Positions 57,158 to 64,000 of a stretch of 64,000 nucleotides of DNA are shown here, in pieces. Position numbers and translations under genes: made by a program. The notes under the pieces are model-generated. The model was not told where the DNA came from. It did no database searches and was given only the letters and a program-made list of their open reading frames with translations. Within the stretch, counting starts at the first letter, position 1. The number at the start of each line of letters is the position of its first letter. This DNA is from Patescibacteria group bacterium (lineage in GTDB: Bacteria > Patescibacteriota > Microgenomatia > Daviesbacterales > UBA10151), in the NCBI GenBank assembly GCA_038064895.1, contig JBBTSA010000009.1, positions 13,595 through 77,594 on the forward strand. The letters are read 5' to 3'.

Positions 57158-57476
57158 TTTCTTTTTTCTCCTCTTGTAAACGCTGATCTGGCATTATCTC
57201 ATCTATAATATCTTTTGTTTGTTCTTTTAATTTTTCTTCCATAATCTCATCCAATCGTTTACCTAAAACCTTTATAACCTTAAAATGTTTTCTTTTAGAT
57301 ATAGGCGCAACCTTTATAATTTCGATAAGATCTCCCATCTTTACTCCTATTGGATCCTCTACTAAGTATTTTTTGGATCGAATAAAAGCCTTTTTATATA
57401 AAGGGTGTAAGCTTTGTCTTTCAACCAAAACTGTTACTGATTTTTCCAATTTTTTTGCAATTACTCTGGCAATCAC
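57144..57476 (-). CDS. rpsQ: 30S ribosomal protein S17 (with C-terminal extension)
   Basis: Conserved S17 blocks. Confidence 0.85.
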   Translation of the reverse strand: MIARVIAKKLEKSVTVLVERQSLHPLYKKAFIRSKKYLVEDPIGVKMGDLIEIIKVAPISKRKHFKVIKVLGKRLDEIMEEKLKEQTKDIIDEIMPDQRLQEEKKENGAA

Positions 57477-57709
57477 TTCTTCACTCCCTCTTCTTGTGGT
57501 TCCAACCTAGCTAACAGTTGTTTTTGATTTAAGATTGTTAAAATTTGTGCTGTATCTTTTCTCTTTTGAGAAATAATTTTTACATCTTTTAATTTTTTCA
57601 TATTTTTATCCAGAACTAGACCGGCAATCTCATCTTTTAGAGACTTCACCTTTAGTCTTAACTGTCTTAAATCCAACCCTATAATTTGCAATAAATCGTT
57701 TTTTTTCAT
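57473..57709 (-). CDS. rpmC: 50S ribosomal protein L29
   Basis: Conserved L29 blocks. Confidence 0.8.
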   Translation of the reverse strand: MKKNDLLQIIGLDLRQLRLKVKSLKDEIAGLVLDKNMKKLKDVKIISQKRKDTAQILTILNQKQLLARLEPQEEGVKK

Positions 57710-57716
57710 AAATTTG

Positions 57717-58130
57717 TTACTCTTTCACAATTATTTTTGTATTGAGTGGCAATTTGTGAGCTGCTAAACGAAGTGCCTCCTGAGCTATTTCTTCTGTTAC
57801 AGCACCCATTTCAAAAATTAATTGTCCTGGTTTAACCACAGCTACAAATCCTTCTACATCCCCTTTGCCGGAGCCCATCCTGGATTCTGCCGGATGTTTT
57901 GTAACTGGCTTATCGGGAAAAACTCTGATCCAGATTCTTCCCCCTCTTTGGGTATAGTGAGCCATTGCCCGCCTTGCAGCTTCAAGCTGGCGAGAAGACA
58001 ACCAACCATCCTGCATAGCCTTTAGACCAAATGATCCGAATGCCAGGCTATTGCCGCGTGTTGCTACACCGCCTCTTTTCCCTCTAAAAGTTTTTCTATG
58101 TTTGCTTCTTTTGGGTTGCAAAAGTGCCAT
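57717..58130 (-). CDS. rplP: 50S ribosomal protein L16
   Basis: Conserved L16 blocks. Confidence 0.9.
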   Translation of the reverse strand: MALLQPKRSKHRKTFRGKRGGVATRGNSLAFGSFGLKAMQDGWLSSRQLEAARRAMAHYTQRGGRIWIRVFPDKPVTKHPAESRMGSGKGDVEGFVAVVKPGQLIFEMGAVTEEIAQEALRLAAHKLPLNTKIIVKE

Positions 58131-58772
58131 TTATATCTCAACCTCCCCTTTGTTAATCCAAACTTTAACTCCAACATAACCGGATTTTGTTAAAGCCGGA
58201 TAATTAGCAAAATCTATGTTTGCCCTAAGTGTATGTAAAGGCATTGTTCCTTCTTGTTTCCATTCTCTCCTTGCAATTTCTGCGCCTCCTATCCTACCGG
58301 ATAAAACAATTCTAACTCCTTTTGCTCCTGCTCTAATAACTCTTTCTTTTACCTGATTCATAACTCTTTGAGCCGGGATTCTTTTAATTAATTGTTCTGC
58401 GACAGATTGAGCAACAAGGTATGCTGATAAATCTGCTGATTTAATTTCCATAGGAGCAATTTCTAAGCTATTTTCATCTTTCATCTTAAGTTGAGAAAGC
58501 AAGAATTTCTTTAATTCGTTAAGTCCTGCTCCTCCTCTGCCGATCAGTACTCCCGGACGGGCAACAAAAATTATTATTTTTAACTTATTTATTGCTCTTT
58601 CAATCTCAACAGATGAAATGCCTGCTAATTTAAGCTTTTTCATGAGGATCTGTCTAATTTTCATATCTTGTGCAACATATTGGCGATACTCCTTTTCCGG
58701 AGCAAACCAACGGGACTGCCAAGTTGCACTAATACCTAATCTAAAACCAACAGGGTGAATTTTCTGACCCAT
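58131..58772 (-). CDS. rpsC: 30S ribosomal protein S3
   Basis: KH domain. Confidence 0.9.
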   Translation of the reverse strand: MGQKIHPVGFRLGISATWQSRWFAPEKEYRQYVAQDMKIRQILMKKLKLAGISSVEIERAINKLKIIIFVARPGVLIGRGGAGLNELKKFLLSQLKMKDENSLEIAPMEIKSADLSAYLVAQSVAEQLIKRIPAQRVMNQVKERVIRAGAKGVRIVLSGRIGGAEIARREWKQEGTMPLHTLRANIDFANYPALTKSGYVGVKVWINKGEVEI

Positions 58773-59227
58773 TATTTTTTCTCCTCTCTTCTTTTTTCAG
58801 ACTTTTCACTTTGCACTTTTAACTTTTCACTTAAATCGTCCGCTAGGACAATTTTAATGTGGCTCATCTTTCGCTGATATGGCCTGACCCTTCCCCTTGT
58901 TCCTGCTCTGTATCTTTTCATCCTTGGCCCTTCATTAATTTCAATTTTTTTGAAGGCTATTTTTTCAGAATCCAAACCTTTTTGTTTTGCATTAGCAACT
59001 GCTGTATTTATAACTTTTAATAACTCTTTCGCAGCAGCCCTTTGCGTAATTGTTAAAATATCTTGTGCTCTGGTTGGAACCATTTTCCTTACCATATCAG
59101 CCACAAGCCGGAGTTTCCGCGGTGAGGTATGTATAAATTTTTGAATACTTACTGCTTCCATATTAAGTCTTCTCCAATACTCTCTTCGTGACTTGGCCAT
59201 GACTTCTAAAGATTCTTGTTGGGGCAA
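58772..59227 (-). CDS. rplV: 50S ribosomal protein L22. The likely start is near 59161, whose product begins 'MEAVSIQKF...'.
   Basis: '[13 protein letters not shown]'. Confidence 0.85.
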   Translation of the reverse strand: MPQQESLEVMAKSRREYWRRLNMEAVSIQKFIHTSPRKLRLVADMVRKMVPTRAQDILTITQRAAAKELLKVINTAVANAKQKGLDSEKIAFKKIEINEGPRMKRYRAGTRGRVRPYQRKMSHIKIVLADDLSEKLKVQSEKSEKRREEKK

Positions 59228-59447
59228 ATTCCCCTAATCTTTGTCCTACCATTGATTCCGAAACAAAAACAGAGACAAAATTTTTACCCTGATGAACCAA
59301 AAATGTATGCCCTACAAATTCAGGTGGAATTTGTGATCTTCTGGACCAGGTTTTAATAGGGGCTTTTGCCCCACCAGCTTTTTGAGCCATTACTTTCTTT
59401 AACAATTTCTCATCCACAAATGGTCCCTTTTTACTTGATCTGGCCAT
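59163..59447 (-). CDS. rpsS: 30S ribosomal protein S19
   Basis: Conserved S19 blocks. Confidence 0.9.
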   Translation of the reverse strand: MARSSKKGPFVDEKLLKKVMAQKAGGAKAPIKTWSRRSQIPPEFVGHTFLVHQGKNFVSVFVSESMVGQRLGEFAPTRIFRSHGQVTKRVLEKT

Positions 59448-60196
59448 TATTTCCTCCTTTTTATAATGTACTTACCAGTCCATTTTTTCTTATTTCTTGT
59501 TTTTCCAACAGCTGGCCTTCCATAAACTGTCATTGGTTTTTTACGACCTATACCAGACCTACCTTCTCCACCACCATGTGGATGTGAATCAGGATCTTGA
59601 GCAACTCCCCTCACAGTTGGTTTAATTCCCCTATGTCTTGATGCTCCTGCCTTACCCAAGACTCTTTGGCGGACATCTGCATTTCCCAAAGTCCCTACTG
59701 TTGCCAAAGAACCCTCCGGCACCATTCTTATTTCTCCTGATGGCATTTTTAAATGAGCAAATCCTGCTTCTTTTGCCAAAAGCTGGATAGATATGCCAGC
59801 GCTTCTCCCTAATTGCCCGCCATGACCGGAAATAAGTTCTACATTATGAATTAAAGTTCCAATAGTAATATTTTTTAATTTCATTGTATTACCTATCTTT
59901 ACATCTGTTTTATCATCAGATAAAACTTTATCTCCAACTTTAAGACCTTCTGGTGTTAAAATATATCTGTACTCCCCATCACTATATTTGATCAAAGCAA
60001 TAGAAACATTTCTGTTTGGATCATATTCAAAATCCAAAACTTCTCCCTCAACACCAAATTTATCTCTTTTAAAATCTATTTCCCGATAATATCTTTTGTG
60101 ACGTCCTGCCTGTCCTCTAACAGTAACTCGTCCGCCAGACCTTCCGGAGTGTTTTTTTAAAATATGTTTTAAATTTCTTGTGTTGATCGTTTCCAT
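59447..60196 (-). CDS. rplB: 50S ribosomal protein L2
   Basis: Conserved L2 blocks. Confidence 0.9.
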   Translation of the reverse strand: METINTRNLKHILKKHSGRSGGRVTVRGQAGRHKRYYREIDFKRDKFGVEGEVLDFEYDPNRNVSIALIKYSDGEYRYILTPEGLKVGDKVLSDDKTDVKIGNTMKLKNITIGTLIHNVELISGHGGQLGRSAGISIQLLAKEAGFAHLKMPSGEIRMVPEGSLATVGTLGNADVRQRVLGKAGASRHRGIKPTVRGVAQDPDSHPHGGGEGRSGIGRKKPMTVYGRPAVGKTRNKKKWTGKYIIKRRK

Positions 60197-60211
60197 ATCT
60201 TTGATTCCTCC

Positions 60212-60637
60212 TTACGTCGGAATCACCTTTCTCTGTGTAGTAGGTGTGGCACCGGTAGCTCCCTTTTCTACACGCACTTTTGTCCTTCTTAAAATATCTT
60301 TTTTCTCTTTCAAAACTTGCGGTTCACCTTCCGCAGTTGTAACGGTAACTTCTTCTTTCGGTGTTTCAAAAATAGCTATTTTTTGATTTTTTGCAGTTTC
60401 AACAATAGCTTTTTTAAAGGAGTTGGTTTTGTAAAAGCCTCTTACTCTTTTTTGCTGTTTTATTTCGCCTTTAACATTAATTGTTTTAACATTTAATACC
60501 TTAACATTGAATTTACCTGCAACAACCTTGGCAATTTGTTTTTTAGTAGCATTTTTATCAACCTCAAAGGTATATAAATGCTGATCTGCAAGTTTAATGG
60601 ATTTTTCCGAAATTATCGGACGCTTAATTATTATCAT
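60212..60637 (-). CDS. rplW: 50S ribosomal protein L23 (with C-terminal extension)
   Basis: Conserved L23 blocks. Confidence 0.8.
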   Translation of the reverse strand: MIIIKRPIISEKSIKLADQHLYTFEVDKNATKKQIAKVVAGKFNVKVLNVKTINVKGEIKQQKRVRGFYKTNSFKKAIVETAKNQKIAIFETPKEEVTVTTAEGEPQVLKEKKDILRRTKVRVEKGATGATPTTQRKVIPT

Positions 60638-61383
60638 TTCTTTTCTCCTTTTCCACCCAATTTTGAAATTCCATCTTTGGTAACAACTAATACTTGATGT
60701 CGGAGAATATCGTATGCATTCAGCTGGTTAGTTGGTAGAACTGATATGCCTGGAATATTTCTTGCTGCCCGTACAATGTTATCTTGTTTTTCATCTGTGA
60801 CTATTAGAGCGGATTTAAGATTTAATTTTTTAGCAAGGTCAGCTATTTCTTTTGTTTTACCCGTTGCCTTTTCAACTCCAGTTATTCCAACAATTTCTTT
60901 ATCATTTGCCTTAGCAGATAGCGCAGAAATAAGGGCTCTTTTCTTCATCTTCTTTGGTAAATCCAAACGGACCCTTCTAGGCTTAGGACCAAAAGTTATC
61001 CCTCCACCCACAAAAATCGGAGCTGTTCTTGCACCATGTCTTGCTCTACCTGTTCCTTTTTGTCTATAAATCTTAGCTGTAGATCCTTGAACCTCACCTC
61101 TTGTTTTTGTTTTTGCTGTGAATCTTTTTTGATTTGTCATATAAACTCTTAAGGCTTGCGCTAAAAGGGTTTTATTTACTTCTTGTCCAAAAATTTCTTT
61201 AGATAAAGACAACCTTCCACTAGCTCTTCCAGCTAAGGAATAAACTGGAATACTCAATTTGTCATTGAGAGTCCGCCCACTGGCGGACGTGGCAATCTCT
61301 TTTTTAGATTGCTTCGCTTTCGCTCGCAATGACGAACTTGTTACTTGTCTCTTGTTACTTGTTACCTTCTTTTTAACTGGCAT
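60634..61383 (-). CDS. rplD: 50S ribosomal protein L4 (with an about 40-aa repetitive basic N-terminal extension)
   Basis: 'RQKGTGRARHG'. Confidence 0.85.
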   Translation of the reverse strand: MPVKKKVTSNKRQVTSSSLRAKAKQSKKEIATSASGRTLNDKLSIPVYSLAGRASGRLSLSKEIFGQEVNKTLLAQALRVYMTNQKRFTAKTKTRGEVQGSTAKIYRQKGTGRARHGARTAPIFVGGGITFGPKPRRVRLDLPKKMKKRALISALSAKANDKEIVGITGVEKATGKTKEIADLAKKLNLKSALIVTDEKQDNIVRAARNIPGISVLPTNQLNAYDILRHQVLVVTKDGISKLGGKGEKK

Positions 61384-62167
61384 TTTGTTCTACCTCTTGT
61401 TTCACCTCGGAGGTGTCTTGCTTGCTTTCCACCTCGATCTTCACCTCCGAGGTGTTTGCTTCTACTGTTTCTTCCTCAGATGGCTTTTCTTCCGGTGGTG
61501 GAGTATAACCTTTAATTCTTCCCAATTTCTCAATCTTTAAAAGTCCTCCTGTTGGTCCCGGAACTGCACCTTTTACAGATAACATATTCTTTTCTTTATC
61601 TACTCCCACAACTTCCAAATTTCTTACAGATACTTTATCAACTCCCATATGCCCTGCCATTTTCTTACCTTTATAAACTCTTCCAGGAGTTGTTCCGCTG
61701 CCAATTGCACCGGGGGCTCTGTGTCTGTCTGATTGTCCGTGAGTTTTTGGACCTCCATGAAAACCGTGTCGTTTGACAACTCCTGCAAAACCTTTACCTT
61801 TTGATGTTCCAGTCACTTTAACAGCATCACCTATAGAAAAAACCTGATCCAGTGTAACTTCTGTTCCAGGCTTTAGTGACTCATCACTCTTATCCTCGTT
61901 ACCCTTATCCTCAATTTTGACTTCCCTAAACCAACGGATGGGGGGTTCAATTCCAGCTTTTTTGGCATGTCCAAGCTGGGGTTTTTTGACTGATTTTTTA
62001 CTTCCATATCCAAGCTGTATACCATCATATCCATCTCTGCCATCTTTACTTTTTACTTGAGTTACCAAGTTTGGCTGAATTTCCAAAATTGTTGCCCCCA
62101 CCCTGTGGCCTCGGGAATCATAAGTACTGGTCATGTTTTTTTTTACACCTAACAAAGTATTAATCAT
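61373..62167 (-). CDS. rplC: 50S ribosomal protein L3 (with an acidic repetitive C-terminal extension)
   Basis: 'LLGVKKNMTSTYDSRG'. Confidence 0.9.
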   Translation of the reverse strand: MINTLLGVKKNMTSTYDSRGHRVGATILEIQPNLVTQVKSKDGRDGYDGIQLGYGSKKSVKKPQLGHAKKAGIEPPIRWFREVKIEDKGNEDKSDESLKPGTEVTLDQVFSIGDAVKVTGTSKGKGFAGVVKRHGFHGGPKTHGQSDRHRAPGAIGSGTTPGRVYKGKKMAGHMGVDKVSVRNLEVVGVDKEKNMLSVKGAVPGPTGGLLKIEKLGRIKGYTPPPEEKPSEEETVEANTSEVKIEVESKQDTSEVKQEVEQNAS

Positions 62168-62182
62168 AATGCACTAAAAAGA

Positions 62183-62336
62183 GTGACCCGCCAAAGGCGT
62201 GGTCACTCAGTAAGCCGTTTCAATCGCCGTATCATTTTAACGACGCACGATTTACTGAAATTTTCTTCTAAGATAACTTAAGAAGAATTAATCATTTTCT
62301 TACCAGATTTTAACACAAATTTACGCTCAATTGCAA
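62183..62336 (-). promoter_or_regulatory. Dedicated rplC promoter and structured leader. The -35 TTGCAA (62331-36), a 17-nt spacer and an extended -10 TGtTAAAAT (62307-13) are seen on the minus strand. The leader hairpin GTGACCCGCC-AAA-GGCGTGGTCAC (62183-62206) plus UCUUUUU ends 9 nt before the rplC ATG. No SD is present.
   Basis: Seen directly. Confidence 0.45.
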
Positions 62337-62398
62337 GCGATAGCGCAGCTATCGTCCTGAGTATAGTCGAAGGGTCTGCGGGATCATAAAATGACCCC

Positions 62399-62427
62399 TT
62401 GACATTAGGGTTTTCTTGGGGTATTGT
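62399..62427 (+). promoter_or_regulatory. Promoter of the antisense Pur-alpha-like gene: TTGACA-17 nt-TATTGT, followed by TAGATAAT
   Basis: Seen directly. The SD AAAGGGGGTGA lies 6 nt before the ATG at 62504. Confidence 0.5.
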
Positions 62428-62503
62428 AGATAATGGAATCGAGAAACTGGTCGCCTTCGTCTAAAGACTTCGGCGGACCGAGGAAAGGGGGTGAGAAAAA
62501 GAA

Positions 62504-62740
62504 ATGGATAAAAAGAGTATAAAGCCAAGTGTGAAATCTTCAATGCTTCGAGCTGGAAAAAGAACCTACTTCTTCAACATTAAAGTTGCTTCTAATAATA
62601 AAAAGTATGTCACAATTACTGAGTCAACTTTTGAGGGAGAAGGTAAGGAAAGAAGATATAATTCTTTCTTACTTTGGCCAGAAAATATTGTTGATTTTCA
62701 AAAAAATTTAACTGAAGTCAGCAATTTCATGGTTCAGTAG
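62504..62740 (+). CDS. Bacterial Pur-alpha-like (PUR repeat, DUF3276) nucleic-acid-binding protein (78 aa)
   Basis: 'LRAGKRTYFFNIKVASNNKKYVTITES...RRYNSFLLWPENIVDFQKNL' fits the PUR-repeat pattern. Confidence 0.55.
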   Translation: MDKKSIKPSVKSSMLRAGKRTYFFNIKVASNNKKYVTITESTFEGEGKERRYNSFLLWPENIVDFQKNLTEVSNFMVQ

Positions 62741-62775
62741 TTGAGGAATAGAAACGCCGGCCGGCGAAGAACAAA

Positions 62776-63270
62776 TTAAGCTGCAGATAGAACTTGTTCA
62801 GCAAAATCTGCCATTGCTACTAAAGCTGCTCCAGCGATCTCCAGCTCATCTGGATAAAGCGGTACACCCTCTTTGGGTTTTTCCCACTGACCATCTCTTC
62901 CGAACATTAACTCCAGCCTAACCAATTTTTGAGCTGGATCATAATCAGTTGCCTCATCAGTATCATTATGCAGAAGTAATCTATAAGCATCTCTTGGGAT
63001 AGCTCCTCTCACAACAAAAAGGTGCATTGGAGACTCGATTGTAAAATGCGAAATTGATCTTTGCTCAACCATAAAACCTGGAAATCTTATTTCTTCCCGC
63101 AGTTCCATCAAATTTATATCAAAAGAAAACAAATCTGGTATATCTATGAGCTCTATTCCAAATCTCCAAAACAGATCTTCTTTATTAGGAATACTGGACA
63201 ATCTTCTTGCTGAATCAATCACTCCATCAGCTTGTTGTGCTAAAAGTTGAATTTCCTGTTCAGTAGCCAT
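62776..63270 (-). CDS. Strongly acidic hypothetical protein (164 aa, about 21 percent Asp+Glu). GC content is locally about 45 percent against a window average near one-third. It sits between rpsJ and rplC.
   Basis: The ORF converges on the Pur-alpha gene across the palindrome CGCCGGCCGGCG (62751-62762). Confidence 0.5.
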   Translation of the reverse strand: MATEQEIQLLAQQADGVIDSARRLSSIPNKEDLFWRFGIELIDIPDLFSFDINLMELREEIRFPGFMVEQRSISHFTIESPMHLFVVRGAIPRDAYRLLLHNDTDEATDYDPAQKLVRLELMFGRDGQWEKPKEGVPLYPDELEIAGAALVAMADFAEQVLSAA

Positions 63271-63384
63271 GTTTACATTTTCCCCTCAATATCCACCCCT
63301 GCCCCAGTCAAGTCTTACCACTCGCCTTTTCAGTATTATTCATACACGGCTCGTGGAGCGACTTTACGGGGCAATCGGCGTCGA

Positions 63385-63693
63385 CTACATTTTAACCTCA
63401 ATATCAACGCCTGCTGGGATTTCAAGATGCATTAGGGAATCTATGGTTTTTTGAGTGGGTTCTACAATATCAATAAGTCTTTTGTGGGTTTTAATTTCAA
63501 AAGCCTCTCTACTATCTTTATCCGTATGCGGGGATCTAAGTACTGTTATTCTTTCAGTTTTTGTAGGAAGGGGGATAGGACCAACTATTTTTGCTCCGGT
63601 TCGAAGGGCTGTATCCAAAAGGGTTTCACAGGTTGAATCAAGTACCCTGTGATCATATCCTTTTAATCTGACACGAATGCGTCCTCTTGGCAT
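63385..63693 (-). CDS. rpsJ: 30S ribosomal protein S10
   Basis: '[19 protein letters not shown]'. Confidence 0.9.
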   Translation of the reverse strand: MPRGRIRVRLKGYDHRVLDSTCETLLDTALRTGAKIVGPIPLPTKTERITVLRSPHTDKDSREAFEIKTHKRLIDIVEPTQKTIDSLMHLEIPAGVDIEVKM

Positions 63694-63766
63694 ATTTACA
63701 ACCTTTCAATGTGCTCGCCTCGTCCGCCTTTGGCGAGACGGGCTATTTTAAGTTATTTTGAGTAAC

Positions 63767-64000
63767 TTAAGCAATTATCTTTGTTATTACACCTGCACCA
63801 ACTGTTTTTCCACCTTCTCTTATTGCAAATCTTAATCCTTCTTCCATGGCAACTGGTGTAATTAGCTTTCCTGTGATTTTGATATTATCTCCAGGCATTG
63901 CCATCTCAACTCCTTCAGGTAGAGTAACCTCACCTGTAACATCTGTTGTTCTTATATAAAATTGTGGCCTGTAACCTTTGAAAAATGGTGTATGTCTTCC
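63767..64000 (-). CDS. tuf: Elongation factor Tu, C-terminal part. The gene continues beyond the window.
   Basis: The reverse complement ends '...[17 protein letters not shown]'. Confidence 0.85.
   Translation of the reverse strand, partial: GRHTPFFKGYRPQFYIRTTDVTGEVTLPEGVEMAMPGDNIKITGKLITPVAMEEGLRFAIREGGKTVGAGVITKIIA

Noticed and set aside
60746-61069. Plus-strand ORF of 107 aa
   Set aside because: It is antisense to rplD.
1-64000. Avoidance of GGATCC because of the BamHI-like system
   Set aside because: About six GGATCC sites were seen by eye (near 511, 13435, 17151, 38541, 39281, 42237). This is close to the random expectation for this base composition. The sites are presumably protected by methylation, or the specificity differs.
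1-64000. CRISPR arrays and cas genes
   Set aside because: No repeat-spacer periodicity was found anywhere. The only direct repeats are short tandem simple-sequence repeats and the 19-nt rnpB duplication.

Overview
This is an AT-rich (about one-third GC) bacterial window with tight gene packing. Its ribosomal-protein cluster lacks L30 and carries extensions on L3, L4, L23, L24, S17 and L17. It encodes RNase Y, an LPXTG protein and PMT-like GT-C glycosyltransferases, all consistent with a reduced-genome, Candidate-Phyla-Radiation-like, Gram-positive-style lineage. The standard genetic code applies: TGA and TAA stops, Shine-Dalgarno sequences resembling AGGGGGTGA.

The right third (46.8-64 kb) is a contiguous tuf - S10 - spc - alpha ribosomal superoperon on the minus strand. 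It carries two unusual additions. A 1.2 kb, GC-richer insert between rpsJ and rplC encodes an antisense Pur-alpha-like gene and an acidic 164-aa protein. A RelE/RHH toxin-antitoxin pair sits directly after rpsI.

The left part holds a secreted multidomain lipase and a defense locus. The defense locus is a BamHI-family Type II restriction-modification system (controller protein - restriction endonuclease, convergent with the methyltransferase). Its methyltransferase gene starts 2 nt after the lexA stop. The locus is bounded by tRNA-Gln and gltX, and next to it lies a stand-alone ComEC-type MBL-fold protein.

The middle of the window holds housekeeping genes. They are interspersed with a three-gene GT-C membrane glycosyltransferase cluster beside an ABC-2 exporter, a secD/secF pair split by two inserted genes, and several RNA elements not in the ORF track:
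- a reduced RNase P RNA (rnpB)
- a SAM-riboswitch-like metK leader
- tRNA-Gln and tRNA-Pro
- an attenuator
- an orphan perfect-consensus promoter
The track also misses rpmJ, Z-type rpsN and a zinc-ribbon mini-protein.

All assignments rest on motif recognition by eye. No database search was run.
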